Assembly: GCA_964594115.1 (NCBI GenBank)
Contig: CAZQLD010000007.1
Location: 1 to 53,830 of the forward strand
Length of the DNA: 53,830 nucleotides
DNA from: Candidatus Woesearchaeota archaeon
Lineage (GTDB): Archaea; Nanobdellota; Nanobdellia; Pacearchaeales; GW2011-AR1
Direction of reading: 5' to 3'
The notes beneath the pieces were generated by a model. It was not told where the DNA came from. It searched no databases and was given only the letters and a program-made list of their open reading frames with translations. Positions 1-9,894 of the stretch are shown here, piece after piece; position 1 is the stretch's first letter, and every line of letters begins with the position of its first letter. The position numbers were made by a program, and so were the translations under genes.

Positions 1-327
1 ATTTAAATCAAACTGTTTTTCTTCATTAATCTTAATATTCTTGCTGTCTTTATTTTCTATTTCAATGTCTACAGAATCTTCCCCTATTGATTTTATAGTA
101 ATTTTATTTTTTTCTCCATTCATCTCTAACTGGGCTTTTTGGTTTTCTTTTAGTTCAATTGTAATTCCATTAGAAAGCTCTTCTTCTGATATTTTTTTTG
201 GAAGACTGCTTAAAAATAAGACAAGAAAAACTGCTGCTATCACAAATATTATACATAAGACTAATACAATTATTATGATTCTCTCAAGAGAGCTTTTTTG
301 AGCTTCAAGAGTGTTTTTTTCATCCAT
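1..327 (-). CDS. Partial membrane-anchored surface protein (N-terminal TM plus beta-rich repeat); runs off the window edge
   Basis: Manual translation from ATG 327 gives MDEKNTLEAQKSSLERIIIIVLVLCIIFVIAAVFLVLFLSS...ITIKSIGEDSVDIEIENKDSKNIKINEEKQFDLN, open to base 1. SD-like AAAAAGAGG upstream. Not in the ORF track. Confidence 0.75.
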   Translation of the reverse strand, partial: MDEKNTLEAQKSSLERIIIIVLVLCIIFVIAAVFLVLFLSSLPKKISEEELSNGITIELKENQKAQLEMNGEKNKITIKSIGEDSVDIEIENKDSKNIKINEEKQFDLN

Positions 328-368
328 TTTTCCTCTTTTTTAATATATACTATTTAAAGTTTAAAAAC

Positions 369-1052
369 TTAATTGCGTGGATGCTCCAGCCAGTATTGTG
401 GAGTAGAAATTATTTTTCCTCCTTTTTCATCTAATATAAAAGTTCCTTTTATATTTAATTGCATTTTTACAGCGCAATAAGTAAAAGTTCTTAATATTGG
501 TTTATCATTGGAAAACATATATACTGGTAAATCTTCTGCGTAGATAAGTGCAGTTGCAATAAGCTTGCAGTCTGTGTTCATTTCATTTGTTTTTCCTCTA
601 TTTCTTTTAAAAACACGATTAATTTTTGGAATTAAGAGGGAGTCTCTTTTTTTAATTTGTTCTGCATCTAAATTAATAGTTGCGTTTCTGTGTTCTTCTT
701 TTAATAATATATAAATTTTTTCTCTTGCATCTAGAAGTTCTCCTATGGCACTAATTAATGGGTTAAATTTTCTATAAGCTTCTTGAATTGTTTTTTGTAA
801 ATTTGCATATCTGTCATCTCTCTGTCTAAATTCCCGTATAACTTCTTCAATTGTTGTCCAGTTTTCCATACCTGAAAGCTTTTTTTTAAGAAAACGTAAT
901 CTAATAGCTCCGTCTTTTAAGTCACCCACATCAAGCAGGTCTCTAAGGGTTCCCCTAGCTCTTTTTTCATCAGTACGTAAATCAAAAGCACAAGTATCAA
1001 TAAACACAACGCCTTTATCCGACTCTGGGAAAAAACTAAAATAATCAACCAT
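369..1052 (-). CDS. PIN-domain-like protein
   Basis: N-terminal VVFIDT, later TDCKLIATA and FSNDKPI fit the PIN acidic-residue pattern. Confidence 0.55.
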   Translation of the reverse strand: MVDYFSFFPESDKGVVFIDTCAFDLRTDEKRARGTLRDLLDVGDLKDGAIRLRFLKKKLSGMENWTTIEEVIREFRQRDDRYANLQKTIQEAYRKFNPLISAIGELLDAREKIYILLKEEHRNATINLDAEQIKKRDSLLIPKINRVFKRNRGKTNEMNTDCKLIATALIYAEDLPVYMFSNDKPILRTFTYCAVKMQLNIKGTFILDEKGGKIISTPQYWLEHPRN

Positions 1053-1125
1053 CTTTTCAACTAGAAAAATCCAAAACTTTATAATATTTATTGTACTAAT
1101 ATATAATAATTAAAAGGAGGTTAAA

Positions 1126-1407
1126 ATGCCAAAGAAAAAATCCGGAAATCTTAGAAAACTTAATGCACTTAAGTTTGGTTTAGCTGGCGGAATAGTTGCA
1201 GCAATTTGTGTATTTGTAACTACTGTTTTTGTAATACTAAAACCAGATTATGGGATGCAGCATACAGGGTTTCTTAAAGACATCTACGGATTTTTAGGAT
1301 ATGATGCAACTTTATTAGGAGCAGTTTTAGGAGCTATTTATGGCTTTATTGACTGCTTTATATTCACATGGGTTTTTGCACTGGTTTATAATAAATTAAT
1401 AGGTTAA
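1126..1407 (+). CDS. Small membrane protein (2-3 TM)
   Basis: Hydrophobic Gly-rich helices; GGAGG SD upstream. Confidence 0.7.
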   Translation: MPKKKSGNLRKLNALKFGLAGGIVAAICVFVTTVFVILKPDYGMQHTGFLKDIYGFLGYDATLLGAVLGAIYGFIDCFIFTWVFALVYNKLIG

Positions 1408-3975
1408 TTACTTTAATTTTAATTTAACTATTTCTAGAATAATAAATGTAACTATACACAAACCAATTATCTTTAACCAGTCAAACAATCCTAAAAAGGT
1501 AAATTTAAAGAGGCTGTTTAAGGGAGTGTAGATAACTGCCAGGTGTAGGGCTATTGAGAGTGTGACTGCGTAAATTAGATATTTGTTTATTTTTGATTTA
1601 AAAATACTGCTTTTGGTTTTACAATTAAAAACCAGAAACATTTCAAATAAAACAGAAGTTGTAACAGCCATTGTTCTTGCTTTGCTTATATCCCCTATAT
1701 CCCAGTAAAAAGTAAGAAAGCATATTATAAATGCTAAAAACCCTGCTATAATTATAAAGCTTACTGTGTCTTTTAATATCCCTTCTTTAGCTGGTTTGCG
1801 TTTCATTACATCTTCTTCTGCGTGTTCTGTTGATAAAGCTAGAGCAGGGAAAGAGTCTGTTATGAGATTAAGCCATAAGATTTGTAATGGTAATAGAGGC
1901 AAGAGTGCTGAATCTCGAAATACTATTAGGACAAATAAAATTAAAGTAATTTCATTTGTGTTGGCACTTAACATGTATTTTATAAATTTCTTAATATTGT
2001 CATATACTCTTCTTCCTTCTTTGACTGATTTGACAATAGAGGAAAAGTCATTATCCAATAAGATTATATCACTTGAATCTTTTGCAACATCTGTTCCTCT
2101 TCCTACTGCTATTCCAATATCAGCTTTTTTAAGAGCAGGGGCATCATTTATTCCATCACCTGTTACTGCAACAATCTCTTCATTTTGTTTTAAAATATTA
2201 ACTATTCTTAATTTATCTTCTGGGCTTACTCGCGCAAAAATAGCTGTTTTATAAACTTCCTTGCTAAGTTTGTCATCTGACATTTTTTTTAGTTTTGATG
2301 ATTCTATTGTTTTACCTTTTAGACCAATTTCTTCTCCAACAGCTTTTGCAGTAAGAGCAGAATCTCCTGTAATCATGATAACTTTGATTCCTGCTTCTTC
2401 ACACTTTTCTATAGCTTTTTTGACCTCTTTTCTTGGAGGGTCAATCATTCCCTGCAAGCCTACAAATATAAGATTTCTTTCTGCTTTTTCTTGTGTTACC
2501 TCTTTTGAGGTCACAATTGTTTTATATGCAAAAGCTAATATACGCATTCCTTGAGATGCCATCTTTGCATAGTCCCGTAGAATCTCTCCTCCTCTTTTTT
2601 CATCAATTTTTCTTATTTTTCCATTAATTAGCTCCATATTGCATCTTTTAATGACGATTTCAGGAGCACCTTTAACATAACTTATCAATTCTTTGTTTTG
2701 TCTTATTATAGACATAATTTTTCTTTCTGAAGAAAAAGGGAATTCTTTAATTCTGGATTGTTTTTCTGTTTCTTGTTTTTTATCTAATCCAAAATCCTTT
2801 CCTGCTAATAATAGTGCTTTTTCTGTTGGGTCTCCTATAAGATACTCTTTATTGCCATCTTTTTCTAGTCTTGCATTATTGCATAAAATTCCTATTTCAA
2901 ATAATAACTTTGTTTCTTTATTTTTTTTGAATTTGTCTGTTATTTCATTATTAACATAAATCCTTTTAACCTGCATTTTTTCTTCTGTTATTGTGCCTGT
3001 TTTATCAGTGCAAATAAAAGTTGCTCTTCCCAGGGTTTCTGCTGCAGGAAGTTTTCTTATTAAACTATTTACTTTTAGCATTCTTTGTGTTGCTAATGCC
3101 AAGGTTATTGTTATTACTGCTGGCAGGCCCTCAGGTATAGCAGAAACAGCTAAACTAACTGCTGTCATAAATATTGAAAATTTTTCAAATCCAAGAAGAA
3201 TCCCGAGTGCACTGATGATGACAATTATGCTTATAGCTATAATTCCGATTTTTTTCGCAAAATTATCTAGTTTTTCTTTTAAAGGGTTTTTTTCCTGCTT
3301 GATTTTCTGAACCATCTCTGCTATTTTCCCAAATTCTGTTTTCATTCCAGTGGAAACTACTAAGGCTTCTCCTTTCCCTTTTACAACATCTGTTCCTTGA
3401 TACAGCATGTTTGTTCTGTCTGCAAGTACAACTTCTAGTTTCAGGGTAGAAGGTCTTTTGTCTTCAGCAACACTTTCCCCTGTTAATGCTGCTTCACTAA
3501 CTTGTAAGCTTTCACAGGACAAAATCCTAGCATCTGCCATAATTTTATCTCCTTCAGTCAAAACCAAAATATCTCCAGGAACAATTTCCCTTGCATCTAT
3601 TTCTTTAATTTTTCCATTTCTTAAAACAGCTGCCTTAGGAACGAGTATTTGTTTTAGTTTTTCAATTGCTTTTTCTGCTTTATATTCCTGAAAAAATCCA
3701 AACAAGCTGTTTAATACAATTATAGCTAATATAAGAGAGAAATCAAGCCAGTGTCCAAGCAATACAGAGATTATAGCTGCTATAAATAAAATTATTATAA
3801 GAAAAGAAGTGAACTGCCTGAATAGGATTTTTAAGGCATTCAGTTTTCTTATTTTTTTAAGTTCATTTTTACCGTATTTTTTTAATCTTATTGCAGCCTC
3901 TTTTTCAGCAAGTCCTTTTTCAGTTGTCTTTAATTGCTTTAATAAGTCATCCTCTTTTGGGGTGTGCCATTCCAT
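1408..3975 (-). CDS. Cation (Ca2+)-transporting P-type ATPase, type IIA-like
   Basis: TGES, IPEGLP, DKTGT phosphorylation site, KGAPE, MITGD and TGDGINDAPALKKAD motifs. Confidence 0.95.
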   Translation of the reverse strand: MEWHTPKEDDLLKQLKTTEKGLAEKEAAIRLKKYGKNELKKIRKLNALKILFRQFTSFLIIILFIAAIISVLLGHWLDFSLILAIIVLNSLFGFFQEYKAEKAIEKLKQILVPKAAVLRNGKIKEIDAREIVPGDILVLTEGDKIMADARILSCESLQVSEAALTGESVAEDKRPSTLKLEVVLADRTNMLYQGTDVVKGKGEALVVSTGMKTEFGKIAEMVQKIKQEKNPLKEKLDNFAKKIGIIAISIIVIISALGILLGFEKFSIFMTAVSLAVSAIPEGLPAVITITLALATQRMLKVNSLIRKLPAAETLGRATFICTDKTGTITEEKMQVKRIYVNNEITDKFKKNKETKLLFEIGILCNNARLEKDGNKEYLIGDPTEKALLLAGKDFGLDKKQETEKQSRIKEFPFSSERKIMSIIRQNKELISYVKGAPEIVIKRCNMELINGKIRKIDEKRGGEILRDYAKMASQGMRILAFAYKTIVTSKEVTQEKAERNLIFVGLQGMIDPPRKEVKKAIEKCEEAGIKVIMITGDSALTAKAVGEEIGLKGKTIESSKLKKMSDDKLSKEVYKTAIFARVSPEDKLRIVNILKQNEEIVAVTGDGINDAPALKKADIGIAVGRGTDVAKDSSDIILLDNDFSSIVKSVKEGRRVYDNIKKFIKYMLSANTNEITLILFVLIVFRDSALLPLLPLQILWLNLITDSFPALALSTEHAEEDVMKRKPAKEGILKDTVSFIIIAGFLAFIICFLTFYWDIGDISKARTMAVTTSVLFEMFLVFNCKTKSSIFKSKINKYLIYAVTLSIALHLAVIYTPLNSLFKFTFLGLFDWLKIIGLCIVTFIILEIVKLKLK

Positions 3976-4035
3976 GTGGAAATAAAGGAAGAGAGGTATA
4001 AAAAGGTTATTAAACTCTTCTGAATTTCTTTAGCT

Positions 4036-4839
4036 ATGGCAGGAAAAAGAAAGAAACCCTCTTTAATGTGGAAACTTGTTAAGCTACCTTTTGTTGGATT
4101 AGGAAAGGTTGTTATTTATATTTATGAGACAAGTAAAAAAAATGCAGAAAAAGCTGCAGCGCAGAGAAAACTTAATCAGTCAAGAGTATATACAGCAGAG
4201 CCGAAATTTGACCAGTTTAGTATTATTGAAACAGTTTCAGGAGATTATAATTATACTGAAAAAAGGATTTTTGATGATTCTTTAATTATGCTCATATTTG
4301 GGAAAAGGGGAAGTGGAAAAAGTGCTCTTGGATTTAAATTATTAGAGAATATTCACAGTAAAACAAGAAGAAAGTGCTATGCTCTTGGAATTCAGCAAGA
4401 CAAAATGCCTAAATGGATTGCATCTATTGATGATATAGAGAAAGTTCCAAACGGAGGGGTTATTTTAATTGATGAGGGAGCTATTTCATTTGGCTCACGG
4501 AATAGCATGTCAGCAAAAAATAAAGAATTAAGTAATTTATTAACTATCGCAAGGCATAAAAACCTGACTCTTTTGTTTGTTACCCAAAATACAGGCCTTA
4601 TTGATAAGAATATCCTTGCTTTAACAGACGCGCTTCTTATTAAAGAAGGCAGTCTTTTGCAAATGGAAATGGAAAGAAAAGAAGTTAAGAAGTTTTATGA
4701 TAAAGCTAATGATTTCTTGAAATTTGCTGAAGGTGATAAGAAAAAATATTTTTATTTAATTGATAGTGATTTTGAGGGGGTTTTGTCTCATAATCTTCCG
4801 TCATTTTGGACAAGCGGATTAAGCAAGAATCAGGGTTAA
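4036..4839 (+). CDS. P-loop NTPase, Zot/pI-like
   Basis: Walker A GKRGSGKS, Walker B ILIDEG, and ARHKNLTLLFVTQ. Confidence 0.65.
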   Translation: MAGKRKKPSLMWKLVKLPFVGLGKVVIYIYETSKKNAEKAAAQRKLNQSRVYTAEPKFDQFSIIETVSGDYNYTEKRIFDDSLIMLIFGKRGSGKSALGFKLLENIHSKTRRKCYALGIQQDKMPKWIASIDDIEKVPNGGVILIDEGAISFGSRNSMSAKNKELSNLLTIARHKNLTLLFVTQNTGLIDKNILALTDALLIKEGSLLQMEMERKEVKKFYDKANDFLKFAEGDKKKYFYLIDSDFEGVLSHNLPSFWTSGLSKNQG

Positions 4840-4949
4840 GTTTTAGTTTTCTTCTATTGATAGAAGATTAGAAAACTTTATAAGTTTGAGTTTTCTTTTT
4901 AAAAAAGAAAAGCTCTGAAAGAAAAATAAAAAACAAAAAAAGAGGCAGA

Positions 4950-5939
4950 ATGAAAATAGCTATTAATGGTCTAGGTAGAATTGGCAGACTTGTCTTAAAG
5001 ATTGGTTTAGAAAGAGGACTGAATATAGCAGCTGTAAATGATTTAACAGACGCAGAAACTCTGGCTTATCTTATAAAACATGACTCTGTTTATGGGAATT
5101 ATAGCAAGAGTGTAGAAGCAGGAAAAGATTTTTTGAAAATTGATGGAAAGAGAATACCTATTTTCGCAGAACCAGATCCAAGAAAATTGCCCTGGAAAAA
5201 ACTTAAGGTGAATCGGGTTGTGGAATCAACAGGGGCTTTTACAGACAGAGAAGGGGCTGTAAAACATTTGAAAGCAGGTTGTAAGAAGGTTATTATTTCT
5301 GCTCCAGCGAAAAGTCCTGATATTACAGTAGTTTTAGGAGTAAATCACGAAAAACTAGAAAGAGAACATGAAATTATATCTATGGCATCTTGCACTACAA
5401 ACTGTCTTGCACCAGTAGCTAAGGTTTTAAATGATTATTTTGGAATAAAAAGAGGATTTATGACAACTGTTCATGCGTATACAACAAGCCAAAATATTCT
5501 TGATTTGCCTCACAAGAACCTAAGAAGAGGTAGAGCCGCTGCTGTAAATATTGTGCCAACAACTTCAGGAGCAACAACTGCAGTTTGTGAGGTTATTCCA
5601 GAGTTAAGAGGGAAATTAGATGGACTCGCATTAAGGGTCCCTGTTGCTTGCGGCAGTATAGTAGATTTTGTTGCTGAATTAAAGAAAGAAACAACAAAAG
5701 AACAAGTTAATAATGTTCTGAAAAAGGTAGCTTCTGGGGAATTAAAAGGAATTTTGCAATACACAGAAGATGAACTTGTTTCTTCTGATATTATGGGAAA
5801 CACACATAGTGCTATTGTAGATGGATTGTCAACCCAGGTAATTGGGGGCACAGGAAATTTGGTTAAGGTTTTAGCTTGGTATGATAATGAGTATGGCTAT
5901 AGCTGGAGAATGGTTGATTTACTTAAATTTTTAAAATAA
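4950..5939 (+). CDS. gap: Glyceraldehyde-3-phosphate dehydrogenase, type I (bacterial-type)
   Basis: KIAINGLGRIGR, catalytic ASCTTNCLAP, and WYDNEYGYS. Confidence 0.97.
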   Translation: MKIAINGLGRIGRLVLKIGLERGLNIAAVNDLTDAETLAYLIKHDSVYGNYSKSVEAGKDFLKIDGKRIPIFAEPDPRKLPWKKLKVNRVVESTGAFTDREGAVKHLKAGCKKVIISAPAKSPDITVVLGVNHEKLEREHEIISMASCTTNCLAPVAKVLNDYFGIKRGFMTTVHAYTTSQNILDLPHKNLRRGRAAAVNIVPTTSGATTAVCEVIPELRGKLDGLALRVPVACGSIVDFVAELKKETTKEQVNNVLKKVASGELKGILQYTEDELVSSDIMGNTHSAIVDGLSTQVIGGTGNLVKVLAWYDNEYGYSWRMVDLLKFLK

Positions 5940-5940
5940 G

Positions 5941-6363
5941 TTAAAATACTTCAAATCTTTTGTGAGTTTCTTTGTGGTCATAATAGTTTGCAAAGTTATG
6001 TTCTGGAAGAAAGTGGCCTTTAGTTTCTAAATGACGCTGGATAGATGTAGAATCAACAATAAAACCCAGTGTATAAGGATTACACAAGATTTCTTCTACT
6101 TTTCTAAATGCGCTCTCGCCATAGTCTTGCCCTTTTACATTATCACATTTGATTTCTAGTTGCCCATCATTCTTTAGCGCAAATGAAAAAAAGATCTTTT
6201 CAAGAAAAGCATATACCTTGCCATTGGTTTTGAGATGCCTACTGAAATATTCTAAACATATTTTTCTTTGTAATTCTGCTATAGTCGGGTTACCTTTAGG
6301 GGCTGTGAGGGTCATCCTGTTAATAACATCAAAAGGTTTTTTATAAAGATTTATGTGCTCCAT
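5941..6363 (-). CDS. Hypothetical protein
   Basis: 140-aa ORF filling the gap; no recognisable motif. Confidence 0.55.
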   Translation of the reverse strand: MEHINLYKKPFDVINRMTLTAPKGNPTIAELQRKICLEYFSRHLKTNGKVYAFLEKIFFSFALKNDGQLEIKCDNVKGQDYGESAFRKVEEILCNPYTLGFIVDSTSIQRHLETKGHFLPEHNFANYYDHKETHKRFEVF

Positions 6364-6455
6364 AAGATTTATAATATCTTAAAACTTTCTTTTTTAGAAA
6401 AAAAGAGACATTTAGAAAGAAAAAACTAAGAAAGAATTTTTAAAAAAGAGGAAAA

Positions 6456-7301
6456 ATGAACTTAAGATATATAGATTCAATAAAAGGAGCTAGTTTAGCA
6501 TTTGTAATTTTTGTACTGGCTGTCTTGTATATTCCTGGAGTTGGTCCTTCTCAGGAAGTTGAGAATATCTTAACTATTAGTACTTTTTTGTTTGCGATTT
6601 TAGCTGGTTTTTTTATTTCAAGATTAGGTAAAAGATATGATCAAATGAGGTTGGCGATTGGGGAAGAAGATGCTCTTTTTTTATCTTTTTATAAAAACTG
6701 TCAGATATATGGAAAACAGTTTTCAGATAAAATAAAAGAGCTTATAGATAAATATTATATTATTTGTTATGATTTTGTTGTAGGTAAAGCTTATAAACCA
6801 GGTTCAAAATATTTTTTACAAATGTGGGACGAGGTGATTAATATTAGGAAATATAGAAGAGATGTTTCTTATCAGGTTCTTTTACAGGATTTAGAGGGTT
6901 TAGAGAGAGTGAGAAATCTTTCTTCAGCACTTCATGAAGAAAAATTAAGTGTAGGGCAGTGGGCTATTTTAGTATTTCTTTCTGGTATTATTTTATTTAG
7001 TATATTTTATTTGAAAACAGGTGCCTTGTATTCTCAGATTATAACAGTATTACTTTCAACTGTCTTAGTGCTTGTTTTATTAATAACAAGAGACTTGCAA
7101 AACTATATGTTTGGAGGAAAATCTTTATTAGAAGAATCTGGAGAAGAGGTATTTGAGTTTATAGGAAAGAAAAGATATTATAATCACTATATGCTGAGAA
7201 AAGGGATAAATAAAGTTCCAAAAAATATCAAGGAATACAGGCTTGGCTTGCATAAGCCTGGTGACGAGAAATTTGATATTAAAAATGTGAGAATAGAGTA
7301 A
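6456..7301 (+). CDS. Integral membrane protein (about 4 TM)
   Basis: Two hydrophobic hairpins separated by a helical soluble region; SD AAAAGAGG. Confidence 0.7.
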   Translation: MNLRYIDSIKGASLAFVIFVLAVLYIPGVGPSQEVENILTISTFLFAILAGFFISRLGKRYDQMRLAIGEEDALFLSFYKNCQIYGKQFSDKIKELIDKYYIICYDFVVGKAYKPGSKYFLQMWDEVINIRKYRRDVSYQVLLQDLEGLERVRNLSSALHEEKLSVGQWAILVFLSGIILFSIFYLKTGALYSQIITVLLSTVLVLVLLITRDLQNYMFGGKSLLEESGEEVFEFIGKKRYYNHYMLRKGINKVPKNIKEYRLGLHKPGDEKFDIKNVRIE

Positions 7302-7302
7302 A

Positions 7303-8217
7303 ATGTATGATTTAATTATAATCGGAGCAGGCCCGGCAGGAATGACTGCTGCAATTTATGCTGCCCGAAGAAAAATTAAGTTTGTAATTTTAAGTATAGA
7401 TATTGGAGGACAGATGGGTTGGAGTTCTGAAGTAGATAATTATCCTGGTGTTCCTGATCAAACAGGAATTGCATTAACTAAAAGATTTCAGGAGCATTTG
7501 AGAGATTATAATATTAAGATTAAAACTGAAGAGGTTCTGAAAATCGAAAAAAAAAGAAAAATTTGTGTTATAAAAACAAAGAAGAACCTTTATGAGAGTA
7601 AAGCTGTAATTATCGCTTCTGGTAAAAAACCTAGAAAGCTGGGGGTTTCTGGAGAAGAAGAACTTACAGGAAAAGGAATAAGTTATTGCGCAACCTGCGA
7701 CGCAACTCTTTATGAGGATAAGATTGTAGCAGTTATTGGCGGGGGGAATTCAGGATTAGAAGCTGCTTTATTTTTAAGTAAATATGCAAAAAAAGTTTAT
7801 ATATTAGATATAATGCCAGAACTTGGGGGAGAGCCTTATTTAAAAGATAAAGTAATGGAAGATAGAAAGATTAAAGTTATAACTGGAGCAAAGATAATCA
7901 AACTTTTAGGAGACAATATTGTTTCTGGACTAAAATACGAAAAAGAGGGAAAAACAAAAGGACTAAAAGTAGGGGGAGTTTTTGTTGAAATTGGTTTAAT
8001 AACAGAAGCAAATTTTACAAATGTTAAGAAAAATAAATGGAATGAAATAATGATTTTTAGAAGCACAAAGACGCACGAAGAAAACCTTACTAGCTTGTCT
8101 GGAATTTTTGCTGCGGGTGATTGTACAGACATCCCTACTAAGCAGATAGTTGTTGCAGCAGGAGAAGGAGCAAAAGCAGCTCTCGCAGCATTTGATTATA
8201 TTCATAGGTGGAAATAA
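7303..8217 (+). CDS. trxB: Thioredoxin-disulfide reductase
   Basis: IIGAGPAG, CATCD redox motif, GGGNSG, and FAAGD. Confidence 0.92.
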   Translation: MYDLIIIGAGPAGMTAAIYAARRKIKFVILSIDIGGQMGWSSEVDNYPGVPDQTGIALTKRFQEHLRDYNIKIKTEEVLKIEKKRKICVIKTKKNLYESKAVIIASGKKPRKLGVSGEEELTGKGISYCATCDATLYEDKIVAVIGGGNSGLEAALFLSKYAKKVYILDIMPELGGEPYLKDKVMEDRKIKVITGAKIIKLLGDNIVSGLKYEKEGKTKGLKVGGVFVEIGLITEANFTNVKKNKWNEIMIFRSTKTHEENLTSLSGIFAAGDCTDIPTKQIVVAAGEGAKAALAAFDYIHRWK

Positions 8218-8218
8218 A

Positions 8219-8482
8219 ATGGCTAAAATTACTGTTGGAGGAATTATAAAAACATCTATTGTAACTGCCTTTACAATAGCTACTGCTTTGATATGGAAAG
8301 ATGTCATCGTGGAATCAATAGAACTAATTTTCCCGGCTGAGCAGCTTCTCTATAAGTTTCTTACAGCCATTCTTGCTACTGTAATAACTGTAATTGCTAT
8401 ATATATAATCTTAAAGACACAGAAAGAAACAGAAGTTGTTTTGGGCAAATTTAAAAATGGGAGAAAAATTAAGAAGCAATGA
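8219..8482 (+). CDS. Small 2-TM membrane protein (DUF5654-like)
   Basis: ATG 8219 follows the trxB stop; TAFTIATALIWKDVI pattern. Confidence 0.65.
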   Translation: MAKITVGGIIKTSIVTAFTIATALIWKDVIVESIELIFPAEQLLYKFLTAILATVITVIAIYIILKTQKETEVVLGKFKNGRKIKKQ

Positions 8483-9612
8483 GAACTCTTTCAGATTTTA
8501 ATTTTAAAGATAAAATAGTTTTATTAAGGGCAGATTTGAATTCAGATGTTCATAAAGGGAAGGTTCTTATGTCTGAAAGAATAAGGGAGTCATCTAAAAC
8601 AATTAAGGAGTTGAAGAAGAAAAAGGCAAAAATTGTTGTGATTGCCCATCAAGGAAGACCTGGAAAATCAGATTTTATAAGTTTAGAGCAACACAGTAAA
8701 CTGCTTAATAAATTTGTAAGGATTAAGTTTGTTAAAGATATTGTTGGAAAAAAAGCTCTAAAGGAAATTCAGAGTTTGAAGTCAGGGGAAGCTATTCTTT
8801 TGGAAAATATCAGAAAAGAAAAAGATGAATTTTATCCTGATAAGAAAAATAATAAGCTGATTAAGTTGACAGAAAAGGCGGATATTTATGTTAATGATGC
8901 TTTTTCTGTTTGTCACAGAAAACAGACATCTATTGTTGGATTTCCGCGTCATATGAAGGCGTGTGCAGGCAGATTATTAGAAAAAGAGGCTAGTGCTTTA
9001 AAAAAAATCAAAATTAAAGATTGTCTGTTTATTCTTGGAGGTGCAAAGCCAGAAGAAAATATTAGATTATTGAAAGGCAGGAAAGTTTTAGCCTGCGGAT
9101 TGTTTGGACAGTTATGCTTAATTGCTAAAGGTAAAAATCTAGGAGAACAGAATAAGTATTTAAAAAAAGAAATAAAAAATTATAATAAAATTCTTAAAGA
9201 GTTAAACGGAAAATTAAAGAATGTTGAGACTCCAATTGATTTTGCAGTAAAAATAGGGAATAAAAGAAAGGAGTTAGAGGTTGAGGAGTTTCCAAGTAAG
9301 TATGAGATCTTTGATATAGGAAAGAAAACTATGAAAAGATACACTAAGATTATAAAGAATGCAAGTGCAATTTACATGAAAGGGCCTGCTGGTTATTGTG
9401 CAGATAAAAAATTTTGTAAGGGCACTAAAAAGATTTTGAAGTCTATTGCAAAGAACAGGAATTTTTCTCTTATTGGGGGAGGACATTTGAGTGATGCTGT
9501 TGAGATGTCAGGGATAAATAAGAGAAAGTTTGGCCACATTAGTTTAAGTGGAGGAGCTCTCTTAAGATATATTGCTGGTGAAAAACTACTAGGATTACAG
9601 ATTTTAGAATGA
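8479..9612 (+). CDS. pgk: Phosphoglycerate kinase (archaeal-type)
   Basis: LLRADLNS, AHQGRP, LLENIR, YVNDAFSVCHR, GGAKPE and GGGH motifs. Confidence 0.95.
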   Translation: MRTLSDFNFKDKIVLLRADLNSDVHKGKVLMSERIRESSKTIKELKKKKAKIVVIAHQGRPGKSDFISLEQHSKLLNKFVRIKFVKDIVGKKALKEIQSLKSGEAILLENIRKEKDEFYPDKKNNKLIKLTEKADIYVNDAFSVCHRKQTSIVGFPRHMKACAGRLLEKEASALKKIKIKDCLFILGGAKPEENIRLLKGRKVLACGLFGQLCLIAKGKNLGEQNKYLKKEIKNYNKILKELNGKLKNVETPIDFAVKIGNKRKELEVEEFPSKYEIFDIGKKTMKRYTKIIKNASAIYMKGPAGYCADKKFCKGTKKILKSIAKNRNFSLIGGGHLSDAVEMSGINKRKFGHISLSGGALLRYIAGEKLLGLQILE

Positions 9613-9674
9613 AAACCTTTATAATGGGCTTTTTCTTCTAAAGATTAATGAATTTAAACAAAAAGGAGGGAAAA

Positions 9675-9818
9675 ATGCAAGCACAGGCACAAGGAGTGAA
9701 ACCTGCAGCAGACACACAAGCACAACCTGGAGCTAAGAAATCTAAGTGGTGGATATGGTTGATTGTTGTGGTAGTTATTGTTTTACTGATAGCAATTTAT
9801 TATTGGCTTTTAGGTTAG
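9675..9818 (+). CDS. 47-aa tail-anchored small membrane protein
   Basis: Manual translation MQAQAQGVKPAADTQAQPGAKKSKWWIWLIVVVVIVLLIAIYYWLLG; strong GGAGG SD at 9665-9669 and own TATA. Below the ORF-track cutoff. Confidence 0.75.
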   Translation: MQAQAQGVKPAADTQAQPGAKKSKWWIWLIVVVVIVLLIAIYYWLLG

Positions 9819-9894
9819 AAAACAAAATCTTTATACTGGGATTAAATGATGAGATTTTTGTAGCTTGTTTTTTTTAATTGTTAGTATCTAAAAA

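Noticed and set aside
41-301. Plus-strand 86-aa ORF
   Set aside because: It is the shadow of the real minus-strand gene starting at 327.
1766-3691. Several plus-strand ORFs inside the P-type ATPase, and similar ORFs inside gap, trxB, pgk, the kinases, the GT4 genes, the coiled-coil gene and uppP
   Set aside because: They are antisense shadows of well-supported genes, with Ser/Phe/Leu-rich composition and no motifs.
1126-4839. Prophage interpretation (holin-like membrane protein plus Zot-like ATPase)
   Set aside because: No capsid, integrase or replication genes are present, and the flanks are housekeeping genes.
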